NCBI GenBank assembly: GCA_964558645.1
Contig: CAZLEV010000001.1
Location: 285,568 to 349,567 of the forward strand
Length of the DNA stretch: 64,000 bases
Source: an uncultured archaeon
GTDB taxonomy: Archaea; Asgardarchaeota; Thorarchaeia; Thorarchaeales; Thorarchaeaceae
Reading direction: 5' to 3'
In this document: positions 1 through 9,819 of the stretch, piece after piece
Position numbering within the stretch: position 1 is the stretch's first letter
Layout: each line of letters opens with the position of its first letter
The notes under the pieces: model-generated
Seen by the model: only the letters and a program-made list of their open reading frames with translations
Databases searched by the model: none
What the model was told of the DNA's origin: nothing
Program-made: the position numbers and the translations under genes

Positions 1-443
1 ATCTCTTCTTCAAGCGTTTCTTTCACTTGAGGCTTTTCAACGATGATACCTAACTCTTCTCCATCTTTGGAGAAGAACACAATCCATGGTATATGTGTCA
101 CGCCCCACTCCTCCATCTCCGGTGGAGAAGGTGGAATCTTCCATTGGTGCTCTGGGTCCAGCGGCGCTGTCTTGATATCGCCAAAGACTCGCACCTCCAT
201 TCCGGTCTTCTCCTCGATGAGCTTGAGAACGGGTATGGCTCGCTTGCAGTCTCCACACCAAGGTGCACTGAAGACAACGCAGACCGTGTGCTGGGCTATC
301 TTCTCAAGATCTCGCAATGCACTCGTGTCCAGTGAGTACTCTTCAAGTTCCTCGAGAAGGATGTCCTTGTCCTTGCCGCGGTGCGCCTCAATGTACTCAT
401 CCAGTGTTCTCGAGCGCTTCCGGATATTGTCAAGATTAACCAT
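1..443 (-). CDS. Thioredoxin-fold protein (Thioredoxin_9-like), 3' end runs off the window
   Basis: Hand translation from ATG 443: MVNLDNIRKRSRTLDEYIE...VVFSAPWCGDCKRAIP...GVTHIPWIVFF; WCGDC redox motif and cis-Pro motif (HIP); not in the ORF track because no stop lies in the window. Confidence 0.85.
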   Translation of the reverse strand, partial: MVNLDNIRKRSRTLDEYIEAHRGKDKDILLEELEEYSLDTSALRDLEKIAQHTVCVVFSAPWCGDCKRAIPVLKLIEEKTGMEVRVFGDIKTAPLDPEHQWKIPPSPPEMEEWGVTHIPWIVFFSKDGEELGIIVEKPQVKETLEEE

Positions 444-586
444 AGCGATTCATCACCATGCATCAAAGCCATTTTCCACAGTGAGTTGAGTATCCAAATA
501 TAGCCTTCGATGGACATTCGCAGATGCACCAATAAGGCTCATTAGTCTTCTAAAGCATCGGATGCACAAGCACTCCAGAGGAGGTA

Positions 587-1138
587 ATGTCCATGATTCG
601 TCAGATCTTCAAAGTCTTGGTTGTTGGACCTCGGAATGTGGGCAAGTCCTCACTCATTGCTAGACACTTGCACGACAACTTCGAAGAAAGCTACGTGGCA
701 ACTGTTGGAGTTGACATGAACGCCACTAGAATCGACCTGCCTGATGGAACCATAATCCTGTCAGTCGTTGACCTGGGCGGACAGCAGAGTTTTGCATCAT
801 TGCGGCTCAGTTTCTATCAGGGGGCTCACCACATAATCCTAGTATACGATACAGACGACCGTCAGTCATTCGATGCCATCCCCACATGGTTTGATGGAAT
901 CACGAAGGGTTTTTGTTTTTCGGGTGGACGCCAGTTACGGGGGTCTCTGGTCGCTAACAAGATTGACCTCGAAGAGCCTCATGCAGTCACCGCAGAGGAA
1001 GGTAAGCTGCTAGCTGATACGATCTCCTTTCGTTTCTTCAGGACCAGTGCGAAGACTGGAGAGGCCGTGAATGAGGTATTTGTTCATGCAGCTTCCGACG
1101 CTCGAGAGTCCATGAAGGCCCTTTCCTCAGGACAGTGA
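587..1138 (+). CDS. Rab-like small GTPase (Ras superfamily)
   Basis: G1 GPRNVGKS, G2 T (ATVGVD), G3 DLGGQ, G4 NKID, G5 SAK. Confidence 0.92.
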   Translation: MSMIRQIFKVLVVGPRNVGKSSLIARHLHDNFEESYVATVGVDMNATRIDLPDGTIILSVVDLGGQQSFASLRLSFYQGAHHIILVYDTDDRQSFDAIPTWFDGITKGFCFSGGRQLRGSLVANKIDLEEPHAVTAEEGKLLADTISFRFFRTSAKTGEAVNEVFVHAASDARESMKALSSGQ

Positions 1139-1145
1139 CTTCGTG

Positions 1146-1565
1146 CTATTCGGTCGGAGCATACCCTTCCGTTCCGATCAATCGCTTGAATCGCAAGTAG
1201 TAATAGAAATCAAGGCCGAATAAGAATACTCCCTGAATGATGACACCTACTCCGTTGCCGACGATATAAGGGTCTTGCCAGACGAGGATGAGGAGTAGCA
1301 GTCCCACAAGTTGATAACCAATGTCTAGGATGACATTTACGAGAAGGACCTTTGCTATCTTGTCTATGGGCTGGTCCTGTTTTCTACGAAAGCCCACGAG
1401 AGCTATCACTGAGTCGATGATTCCCCAGAGGATGGCTTGTAGGCCAATTCCTTGGACGAAAAGGTCTGGGACAAATGAGAGTATCACTCCAATGGTGATG
1501 CTAGCCACACTCCATACCATTAGCGTCCTGACAAGGTTTTGCTTCAGTAGATCCTTGGTATCCAT
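1146..1565 (-). CDS. Small 4-TM membrane protein of unknown function
   Basis: Four hydrophobic segments; QAILWGIID motif. Confidence 0.7.
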   Translation of the reverse strand: MDTKDLLKQNLVRTLMVWSVASITIGVILSFVPDLFVQGIGLQAILWGIIDSVIALVGFRRKQDQPIDKIAKVLLVNVILDIGYQLVGLLLLILVWQDPYIVGNGVGVIIQGVFLFGLDFYYYLRFKRLIGTEGYAPTE

Positions 1566-1651
1566 ATTGTTGTTCTACCTCCTGCTCTCAATGTAGTCTT
1601 TCGCTGTGACTATTCAATCATCCGATTGATTCAATAACCTCTGACATCATT

Positions 1652-3010
1652 GTGGTCCTGAATATCATGTCGCGCATTCACATCGACAAGATCGAAAGAA
1701 AGAAGTGGATATCCCTTGGCATATTCCTACTTGTAGATCTACTCCAAGTTCTATTCGTGACATTGATTGACCTAGACCCGGCTAGGCCGTCTATTGTTGG
1801 ACTCGACTTCTCTCGTACCAATCCATTGGTTTCAGTTTCTCTCTTTCTAACTATCGCATTCCTCCAAGTCGTCATGATCTACGGAGTTGCCCTCACCATG
1901 GTCCGCAGGGATGATATGATTGAGATATATCCTGAGTACCATGGGGCGGATGATTGGGATTCCAATTATAGCCGTGAGCAACTTGTTGAATGGACGCAGT
2001 CTGCGGCTGAAGAATGTGAAGTTGGAGTTGACAAGATTTTCTTGATGGAGTCACCCCTTCCAAACGCATTCACCTTTGGTCTCCCGTTCATTGGCACCAT
2101 TGTTGCACTTCACAGCAACCTGCTTGACCTGCTTGCACCAGATGAGGTTAGAGCCATTATCACACATGAGGTGGCTCACATTCGTCATCGCGATTCAATC
2201 GTGCAGATTATTCTTCGCATGCCATCTGTCTTTGTGGATACGATATACCTCTACATCTATCTTCGGCTGATCCTTGGAATCATGGATGCTCTTCTTGTTT
2301 CCTTCGACTTCATAGTCGTCAGCATCAGAATAGCTGTTCTATTGGGATTCTTCTTGATGTCTCGAGTAATGATGCTGGTGTCCCGGCTCTTCGTCAAGAA
2401 GGCTGCCCGATATGCCGAAATGATGGCAGACCACTACTCGGCTGAAGCCCTAGGAACAGAGTCCACGATCAACGCTCTTCTCCTCCTTGGGCAGCGCATT
2501 GAAGCACTGGCGGCCTTTGTGGAGGAGATGAAGTGGCTGCACAGTCTGGAATCAGACAATATCCGCGGAATGAGCGGTGCCGAACTAAAGCGGTTGGTTG
2601 ATGAGTTCCCTGTGAGTGCCATTGATGAGGGTGAGGCACGACTGTTGGCTCCTGAAATCTACTTGAAACTCAAGCTCGAACGGCTAAGACAGATATATGC
2701 TCTGCGGGTTGATGACGAGTCTATTCGTGAGATGGTCAGACCTGCAGCTGAGGACCTGATTGAGAAGAGAAAGAGAGAGCATCCTGAGATAGAAGCACAG
2801 GCGGATCAGACAGTTGACTGGAGGGATGCTGATCGGGATGGAGACCTCCGGCTATCATCTCAGGAGATTAGAGTCTTCATAGAAACACTCCGAAAGAATC
2901 CTAACAAGTTCCTTTTCGAGAATGAGATCGACGAGAACATCTTGATGTTGGATCATCCCGACTTCAGAAGGCGAGTCCTGTTTCTTGCTGATGCATTCGA
3001 GGTCGAGTAG
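1652..3010 (+). CDS. M48 (HtpX/Ste24-like) membrane zinc metalloprotease with an EF-hand-like insert
   Basis: PNAFT, HEVAH (HExxH), AEMMAD third-ligand motif, C-terminal HP; TM helices; DRDGDLRLSSQE loop. Confidence 0.88.
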   Translation: MVLNIMSRIHIDKIERKKWISLGIFLLVDLLQVLFVTLIDLDPARPSIVGLDFSRTNPLVSVSLFLTIAFLQVVMIYGVALTMVRRDDMIEIYPEYHGADDWDSNYSREQLVEWTQSAAEECEVGVDKIFLMESPLPNAFTFGLPFIGTIVALHSNLLDLLAPDEVRAIITHEVAHIRHRDSIVQIILRMPSVFVDTIYLYIYLRLILGIMDALLVSFDFIVVSIRIAVLLGFFLMSRVMMLVSRLFVKKAARYAEMMADHYSAEALGTESTINALLLLGQRIEALAAFVEEMKWLHSLESDNIRGMSGAELKRLVDEFPVSAIDEGEARLLAPEIYLKLKLERLRQIYALRVDDESIREMVRPAAEDLIEKRKREHPEIEAQADQTVDWRDADRDGDLRLSSQEIRVFIETLRKNPNKFLFENEIDENILMLDHPDFRRRVLFLADAFEVE

Positions 3011-3722
3011 GTATCTTACTGGTGTTGTGATAAGAGTGTCTGAGAATCCTGTAATTACACAACAAAGTCAACTTGACATCGGCACCCTTGTCACCCGGCT
3101 CAGAGGTGGGCGCTTTCCGAAGGATGTGCTGCCTTCTTCAGAGCTTGTTCATGAAGGAGCCTCACTCCTCTTGGGCCGTACCCTGCATCGCGTGTGTTCC
3201 GCAAGGCGGAAGAAGGCTGATTGCGTCCATGTTTCGAACGTTGAGATTCGAAGCAAGGTTCTCTCACGCCTTCTCTCTGATGGTTCGAAGGTCTTTCCCT
3301 ATCTCATATCGATTGATCATAGATACGAAGAATGGATTCAACGACTCGATGATACAATTCATCAGTACTTCTTTGAGCGGCTTGGGGATTCGGCCATATT
3401 CGAGCTTCGCGATGAGCTAGCCAACTCGATAACTGAGGAGTTTGGCTTTTCCCATGTTTCTGACTTTCGTCCCGGATCCATTGATGACTGGCCCCTTAGC
3501 GGACAAAGAGATCTCTTCCGAATCTTGGGGGATACAGAGAGCTTGATTGGAGTGAAACTCTCAGAGAGCTTCCTGATGTATCCAAGAAAGTCACTCTCAG
3601 GCATCATGTTCGAAACCGAACAGGCCTTTCATTCATGTTTTCTGTGTAATTCTCGCGTTTGTGAGAGCCGCCTTGGAGACTTCGACCCCTCACTTAGACT
3701 TGAATTCGGCTTGGACATTTGA
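2985..3722 (+). CDS. Stand-alone B12-dependent methionine synthase reactivation-domain-like protein
   Basis: PGSIDDWPLSGQ, IGVKLSESFLMYPRKSLSG and C-terminal CxxCxxxxC; true start probably slightly downstream. Confidence 0.75.
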   Translation: MLMHSRSSRYLTGVVIRVSENPVITQQSQLDIGTLVTRLRGGRFPKDVLPSSELVHEGASLLLGRTLHRVCSARRKKADCVHVSNVEIRSKVLSRLLSDGSKVFPYLISIDHRYEEWIQRLDDTIHQYFFERLGDSAIFELRDELANSITEEFGFSHVSDFRPGSIDDWPLSGQRDLFRILGDTESLIGVKLSESFLMYPRKSLSGIMFETEQAFHSCFLCNSRVCESRLGDFDPSLRLEFGLDI

Positions 3723-3759
3723 AAGCTAGATTGAAGGCGCGTCATAAGGTCAAGAATCT

Positions 3760-5220
3760 CTATGCAGCTAGCGGTATCTCAATCTGAAACCTTGCACCCC
3801 TGCCCTTCTCTGATTCCAGTAGACTGATTTTCCCGCCGATAGCAGAGACTATCTGCTTTGACAAGTACAGACCTAGCCCACTACCTGTGGTTGAAACCCC
3901 CCTCTTGAACAGGTTCTCTCTTATTTCTGAAGAGATTCCCGGTCCGTTGTCGGTGTACTCTATGATTGCGCGATTCTTGTCCTTCTTCGCAGATATCCAT
4001 ACTTCTACTCCCCTCTCTCCAAAGCGAACAGAGTTTCTGAGCAGATTCTCGAACACGATTGGAAGCAGCTTGCTGAGCGGAATCTCGCTTTTCTCAAGGG
4101 CATCATCAATGTCGGTATCTACCGTGATGCGACTGCTCTTTTTAGCGCGCTCAACAACACTCTCAATGAGATCTACAAAGCTTCGGGTTGCTTTCTCTGC
4201 AGGACTCTGGAATGCATTTAGAAGATCCTTCATTCTCTCTGCTGCAGCAGATGCTGAACGTAGCATCGAATGCGCCTCTCCTCCCTTCCGTTCCATCAGC
4301 ATCTGCGCGGCTTCGACGTATCCGTGAATGGCTTGTAAATCGTTGCTCAGATCATGCCTTAAGACTGATGTGTACATACTCAGTTCTCTGGCAGCAAGAA
4401 TCAGATCTGCCTCACTCTGTTCTCTTCTTGATAAGTCTCGAATGATTGACAAGAATATGTCTCTGTCATGGTTTTCTATCCGAGTCACTGCAATCTCAAC
4501 AGGGACAGTGGTTCCGTCTTTCCTCTGAAGCTTTCTCGGTATAGTTATCTCGTCGGGTGCTTGAGGGTCCGAATAGATCTGGAGGGATTCGTCTGATGTC
4601 ATCTGCGGAGCGTCCAGCTGTCTGGTGGTCATCTCGAGTAGTTCGTTTCGCGAGTAGCCAAGCAGTGCCTCTGCCGCTCTATTGGCATCGATTATTCTCT
4701 CTTGAGAGTCCTCTATAAGGATCGCATCGTGAGCGTTTTCGAAGAGTCCGCGATACATCTCTTCGCTCTTTCTCAACGCTTCGAGTGCTTTTCTCTCTCC
4801 CGTGACATCAAAGACAACAGATATGGTTCCGTCTATGTTACCCTGTGAGTTCACTCTTGGAGCTGCCGAGAGTCGGATTGTCCTGATATTCCCTTCGGGG
4901 TCAGCTACATGTATCTCGTATGTAGATGATTCTCCCTTCTTTCGCTTCTGGGTCTCACGAAGGACCGTTTCCATGTCGTTTCCCACTACCAAGTCATGGG
5001 CTCGAAGCCCGACAAGGTCTTCCGGCTCGACATCAATGATATCCGCAGCTGCTTGATTCACTATCTCAATTCTCTCGGCCATGTCCGTGACGACAACACC
5101 AACCGGAAGAGCATCGGCAAACTCCTGAACTGCGCTGTAGGACACGCCCGTAGTATGCATCTGTTGACTACTCCCCGCAGCGTCCCCCGTGCTCTTCTTT
5201 GCCTTCTCATTCAACGCCAA
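3760..5220 (-). CDS. PAS-PAS sensor histidine kinase (cytoplasmic)
   Basis: Two PAS/PAC domains, H-box RHDLSN, N-box NLLRNS, DNGPG, GSGLGL; no TM segment. Confidence 0.92.
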   Translation of the reverse strand: MALNEKAKKSTGDAAGSSQQMHTTGVSYSAVQEFADALPVGVVVTDMAERIEIVNQAAADIIDVEPEDLVGLRAHDLVVGNDMETVLRETQKRKKGESSTYEIHVADPEGNIRTIRLSAAPRVNSQGNIDGTISVVFDVTGERKALEALRKSEEMYRGLFENAHDAILIEDSQERIIDANRAAEALLGYSRNELLEMTTRQLDAPQMTSDESLQIYSDPQAPDEITIPRKLQRKDGTTVPVEIAVTRIENHDRDIFLSIIRDLSRREQSEADLILAARELSMYTSVLRHDLSNDLQAIHGYVEAAQMLMERKGGEAHSMLRSASAAAERMKDLLNAFQSPAEKATRSFVDLIESVVERAKKSSRITVDTDIDDALEKSEIPLSKLLPIVFENLLRNSVRFGERGVEVWISAKKDKNRAIIEYTDNGPGISSEIRENLFKRGVSTTGSGLGLYLSKQIVSAIGGKISLLESEKGRGARFQIEIPLAA

Positions 5221-5506
5221 TCAAGTCCGGGTATATCTATGAATCTTCTTGGACGAGGTTCTGTGGGTATCGATTCCATTGCTTCTAAAGGTTCCTAAAA
5301 AGCCCCACAGTGCACAGCGCGCTCCCTCATTGCTGACTTTCTGACTCATTTTGTGGGCATCAGCTCAATTAAGGACTCCTACCATGCTCTCGTTTGGCCA
5401 GATGGTCTTTCTCTCAGGGTATGCGACTCATCTATCGGTTTTCGGACAAGACAGTCCCAGTTGACCAATGAATCTGATCCACTGAACTCTCCTCTCATTA
5501 GATCTC

Positions 5507-6025
5507 TTAGTCATCCTCAGGTCTAAGAAGTGCTGAGAGATTCAGCCGTGGATCCTCCTTGATCACTTTTGCGATAACCTGCGTGAAGGTTCTGACCACC
5601 CCTTCCACAGCCATGATCTTGTTGAGAATTTTCAAGAACTCCTCTCTGTTCGTCGATCGAGTCAGGACAAAGAAATCCTGCTCGCCCAGAGAGTAGTAGA
5701 CTGCTCCGACACCCGGGATGTTTGAGAGTTCCTTGCCAATGCTCTCGTCAGAATATTCCTTGCATTTCACGAGAATTCGGATGATGGTGATATAGTCGAG
5801 ACCTATCAGCTCCGGGTTAATCTTGGCATAGTAGCCGTCAATGATATTCTCTTTCTCAAGTCGTTTGACACGATAGTGTACTGTAGATGTTGGCACTGTG
5901 GAACTAGGGTCGTTCGGGTGCCGAATTCTGTCTGCTATATCCTGCAGCGGCATTCTGCAGTCACGCTGCAGCTCTTGAAGGATTTTCACGTCGAGCCTGT
6001 CAAGCTTCTTTCTCTTTCCCATCAA
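5507..6025 (-). CDS. Lrp/AsnC family transcriptional regulator
   Basis: LDRLDVKILQELQRD...STVHYRVKRLE HTH; C-terminal RAM domain. Confidence 0.92.
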   Translation of the reverse strand: MMGKRKKLDRLDVKILQELQRDCRMPLQDIADRIRHPNDPSSTVPTSTVHYRVKRLEKENIIDGYYAKINPELIGLDYITIIRILVKCKEYSDESIGKELSNIPGVGAVYYSLGEQDFFVLTRSTNREEFLKILNKIMAVEGVVRTFTQVIAKVIKEDPRLNLSALLRPEDD

Positions 6026-6199
6026 AAAGCCCCTTAATCCTTATGTGCATCTCGGGATTTCTTGAAGGCGGGCATATTAAGACATTGTGGTTTTCTTGTA
6101 CAGGATTCAAAATACTGCAACTTGGTCGCAATCACAGCAAGTGCGTATCGAATTTCTTAAAAGTGACTCAATACATTGCTCGGCCTCCCCCGAAACGAG

Positions 6200-7162
6200 A
6201 TGATGTCCATGGCTGAAACCAAGATCGGAGTTGTTGCCATCGGTGGCAACAGTCTAATACGCGACAAGAGTGATATGCGCATTGAGAAGCAATTTGAGGC
6301 TGCAGCTGAGACCTGCAAGCACATTGCGGACATGATTCTTCAGGGATGGAACATCGTTATCACATCGGGAAATGGACCACAGGTTGGTTCGATTCTGAGA
6401 CGATCAGAAATAGCAGCGGATCAGGTTCATGAGATTCCTCTCGACTATTGTGGGGCCATGAGTCAGGGACAGATTGGCTACATGATTGCTCGGGCTCTCA
6501 ATAACGAGTTCAAGACCCGCGGTATCGAAAAGAGTATCGCCCCCGTTGTCAGCCAAGTTGTTGTTGACCGCGAGGACCCGGCCTTTGATAACCCTACAAA
6601 ACCCATTGGCTCATTCATGGATAAGGGGACCGCCAAGAAACGTGCTGACGAGCTCGGATGGCAGGTCGTCGAGGACTCAGGTCGAGGATGGCGCAGGGTT
6701 GTTCCTTCACCCATTCCTATTGAGATTGCGGAACTTCAAGGTATTGACTGTATGGTGAAAAACGGTGTAATCGTGTACGCTGTTGGCGGCGGTGGGATTC
6801 CAGTCGTACGAAAAGAAGATGGTCACCTTGAAGGAGTTGCGGCTGTGATTGACAAGGATTACGCTTCCAGTCTGCTGGCAAACAAGCTGGATGCCGATCT
6901 CTTGGTGATTTCTACAGATGTAGAGCAAGTCTATCTCAACTTCGGCGAGCCTGATGAGAAAGCGGTAGAAACCATGACAGTGAGTGAGGCAAAGGAGTAT
7001 ATTGACGATGGCCACTTCGCTCCTGGCAGTATGCTACCGAAGATTAAGGCCTCAATTCAGTTTATTGAGCGAGGTGGGGACATGGCACTCATCACAAATC
7101 CCCCCAACATCACACGTGCACTCAAGGGTGAAACTGGCACCCGAATAGTCCCTGATAAGTGA
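6200..7162 (+). CDS. arcC: Carbamate kinase
   Basis: VVAIGGN, GNGPQVG, PTKPIG, RGWRRVVPSP, GGGGIPV, AVIDKD, GSMLPK. Confidence 0.95.
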   Translation: MMSMAETKIGVVAIGGNSLIRDKSDMRIEKQFEAAAETCKHIADMILQGWNIVITSGNGPQVGSILRRSEIAADQVHEIPLDYCGAMSQGQIGYMIARALNNEFKTRGIEKSIAPVVSQVVVDREDPAFDNPTKPIGSFMDKGTAKKRADELGWQVVEDSGRGWRRVVPSPIPIEIAELQGIDCMVKNGVIVYAVGGGGIPVVRKEDGHLEGVAAVIDKDYASSLLANKLDADLLVISTDVEQVYLNFGEPDEKAVETMTVSEAKEYIDDGHFAPGSMLPKIKASIQFIERGGDMALITNPPNITRALKGETGTRIVPDK

Positions 7163-7359
7163 CTTCGAAGCCAATCCTGTGGCTCACATTCAAAGGCTCC
7201 CTGGATGTCTTCATCAGTTTCAATCCTGGAGCAACCTTCATTGGGGAAGATGTTGGTTAGAGCTCGCCATCTTGCGTTGCTGCTATTTGTGTCCACAGTA
7301 TTATAGAGACACAGGCTCACCGAAGGTAATATCTCCAGCTCTGTGAACGTCATGCTGCA

Positions 7360-8070
7360 ATGAGAGATTCTATCGATCAACGCGAGATTGTGAAGTACAC
7401 CGGTAGGACACGGACATCCCAGACTGAACTGCTGGCACGTGAGACCCTTGTGGAGGTTTTCTTGGAGGGACATTCTATTGATCTCTTGCAGTGCAGTCCA
7501 GGTCAAGAAGAAGAACTCGCTCGTGGGCATCTCTATGCAAAAGGCTTGCTCAGAAACCCTGTCACTCCTGCAGAGATTCGGATAGCCCCTGATAGAATCA
7601 CTGTAAGCTTTCTTTCGTCTCTTGCCGGCGCAGAGAACTCTTCCCCCGACGACTCGCACGAATATCATCTGGATACGGACTTGATATATTTGAAGCTGGC
7701 CGAACTCGAGGGCTCTCAGTCAACATTCAAGAAGACAGGAGCTACTCATGCCTCGCTGTGCCAATCCATCGATTCCTCCGAGTGCTACTTCGCGGAAGAC
7801 ATCAGTAGACATAACGCCATGAGTAAGGCGATCGGTGCCGCACTGATCGACGGCGTATTCCCAGATGCGTGCCTTCTTTTGACGACAGGCCGGTTAACAG
7901 GATCACTTGTTCACAGCTGCTCCTATGCCAATCTCGCTGCTGTGGCTTCAAAAGCAGTCGCCACAACAGAGGGAATATCAAAGGCACGGGATGCGGATCT
8001 CACCTTGTTAGGTTCTTTGAGTTCGTCTGGGTTCTGGCTGTATCACGAGGGAACAACCAAGATTGTCTGA
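7360..8070 (+). CDS. fdhD: FdhD/NarQ family protein (Mo cofactor sulfur carrier-like)
   Basis: FKKTGATH, EDISRHNA, LLTTGR motifs. Confidence 0.85.
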   Translation: MRDSIDQREIVKYTGRTRTSQTELLARETLVEVFLEGHSIDLLQCSPGQEEELARGHLYAKGLLRNPVTPAEIRIAPDRITVSFLSSLAGAENSSPDDSHEYHLDTDLIYLKLAELEGSQSTFKKTGATHASLCQSIDSSECYFAEDISRHNAMSKAIGAALIDGVFPDACLLLTTGRLTGSLVHSCSYANLAAVASKAVATTEGISKARDADLTLLGSLSSSGFWLYHEGTTKIV

Positions 8071-8073
8071 TGA

Positions 8074-8943
8074 CTAGAACTGCGTAAGAGCTCCTTTTGA
8101 TCTGACATACTTTTCGGTTCTCTTGAACAAGGCCATTCCTATCAGCAGGTACACCGAGTCGAGAATCAACAGAGCAACCACAGCTTGCCCTACTGCAGGC
8201 CCAGCTAGCCCGAATATCAGGAAGTTCCTGAAGGCGTCCACTGACCATGTCAATGGCGAAGCGGCAGAAAGATACTGGATGATGGGTGGAAAGACGGCTA
8301 GAGGATATGCCATCGGAGCTAGCAGGGTGAGTCCACCTGCTAGGAACTCTATCACCATCCAGCCCTGTTTGGCTAGGAGCACAACACAGACCAGTGTAAG
8401 CACGATTCCCTGCATACCGATGACCATGAGCGAGATGATGGCAAGTGCTGGAAGGATACCCCAGACATTTAGGGATACACCAAAGAGCAGCATTGAGCCT
8501 ACCAGCTGCAGTATCACTCCAAGACCGCCGTGCTGGATGTTGTGCAGCAAAGCTCCCAATACAAGGGTGTTCTTCTTGATGGGTGTTGTCATGAGGGTTT
8601 CAAGGGTGCCCGCATTCTGTTCTCGTCTGAATGAATTGGCGGTGCCCCACATGAGACTCATCGTGAGCCCCAGAACTGCAGTCCCTATGGCTACATAACT
8701 CACCCAGTCTGAAGTTCCCACAAGACTCTCAAGGTTCACCGATTCAGGTCCTCCGCTAACCGCATTGCCCGCAAGCAACATGGGAATCAGCCAGATAAAG
8801 GGCATGGCGATGAACCAGAGCACACTGAGCGGGTAGCTCAGTTCGACCCTCCAGATTCTCACTGCAATGGCCTGAGCAGCTTGGAGTTCAGACCTGAGCC
8901 CTTCCCGCTTCTGCAACTCCTGATTCATGTCACTCTGTGCCAT
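8074..8943 (-). CDS. ABC-2 type exporter permease
   Basis: REQNAGTLETLMTTP; 6 TM. Confidence 0.9.
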   Translation of the reverse strand: MAQSDMNQELQKREGLRSELQAAQAIAVRIWRVELSYPLSVLWFIAMPFIWLIPMLLAGNAVSGGPESVNLESLVGTSDWVSYVAIGTAVLGLTMSLMWGTANSFRREQNAGTLETLMTTPIKKNTLVLGALLHNIQHGGLGVILQLVGSMLLFGVSLNVWGILPALAIISLMVIGMQGIVLTLVCVVLLAKQGWMVIEFLAGGLTLLAPMAYPLAVFPPIIQYLSAASPLTWSVDAFRNFLIFGLAGPAVGQAVVALLILDSVYLLIGMALFKRTEKYVRSKGALTQF

Positions 8944-9819
8944 CTAGAAGCCTCCCATGCTCCCGCGTTTCTTTGTCCACCTCTCTGCGTATCTGAAACA
9001 TAAGAGACCCATGATCCAGAAGGCGAAGATCAGTAATGCCAGTCCACCTAGGGTGTAGAGGAATGAGACAGTTTCGAGGGCTCCACCAATCGCCAGCTCC
9101 CGTATTGTCATGATTGCGATTGTTGCTGGCAGGGCATAAGCCACCATCTGAGCAGCACGGGGCAGGACCTGAATCGGATAGCTCACCGGCGAGAGAGCGA
9201 ATACGACATTGTCAATCAGTTCTGTGAGGACGCTGGGGTCCTTGAAGACAATGATGAGACCTGCAATCATGAATCCGAAACCGAAGAGGGCGACGACCAT
9301 CATCATGAGAATCAGTATGATGGGGCCAATGGTTGTGAGGGCATAGCCTACTCCAAATACGACACATGATGTTCCCAGCATGATGAGTGCTGACATCGAT
9401 GTTGAAACAGTATCGCTGATGGCAGCCCCGATGAGTATACTCGTTCTTGGAACGGGGGCGACAAAGAGCGGCTCAAGGGTGCCACTGAACTGCTCCCAGC
9501 GGAAGTTCTGGCCTATCGACCAAATCGTTGTATCAACATAGGTGTAGACGAACCAACCGATGACTGCAAAGGCAATGAAATCCTCGAAGCCCGAGATCTC
9601 TGTGAAGTGCATACTGGCGGTTCCTCCAATAGCGGTCATCATGAGGAGGTACGGTGCGAACCACATCAAAGGGAGGAAAGCCCATGCGAGTATATTGGCG
9701 GGGTATCGCATTGCGATTCGGAGGTTCTTCTCAGCAAAGACCCGTACAGCGTTCCAGTCGATGATGCAGGGTCTGAATTCCATCGCTTCCGACGAAGCAC
9801 TAGAAAACGATTCTTCCAT
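8944..9819 (-). CDS. ABC-2 type exporter permease
   Basis: WEQFSGTLEPLFVAP; 6 TM. Confidence 0.9.
   Translation of the reverse strand: MEESFSSASSEAMEFRPCIIDWNAVRVFAEKNLRIAMRYPANILAWAFLPLMWFAPYLLMMTAIGGTASMHFTEISGFEDFIAFAVIGWFVYTYVDTTIWSIGQNFRWEQFSGTLEPLFVAPVPRTSILIGAAISDTVSTSMSALIMLGTSCVVFGVGYALTTIGPIILILMMMVVALFGFGFMIAGLIIVFKDPSVLTELIDNVVFALSPVSYPIQVLPRAAQMVAYALPATIAIMTIRELAIGGALETVSFLYTLGGLALLIFAFWIMGLLCFRYAERWTKKRGSMGGF

Noticed and set aside
43-532. ORF-track ORFs 43-489, 93-335, 37-261 and 296-532
   Set aside because: Shadow frames of the minus-strand thioredoxin gene (1-443).
8074-9819. In-frame TAG-ATG junction between the two ABC permeases as a recoded fusion
   Set aside because: Each ORF is a complete 6-TM permease, and TAG terminates many genes here.
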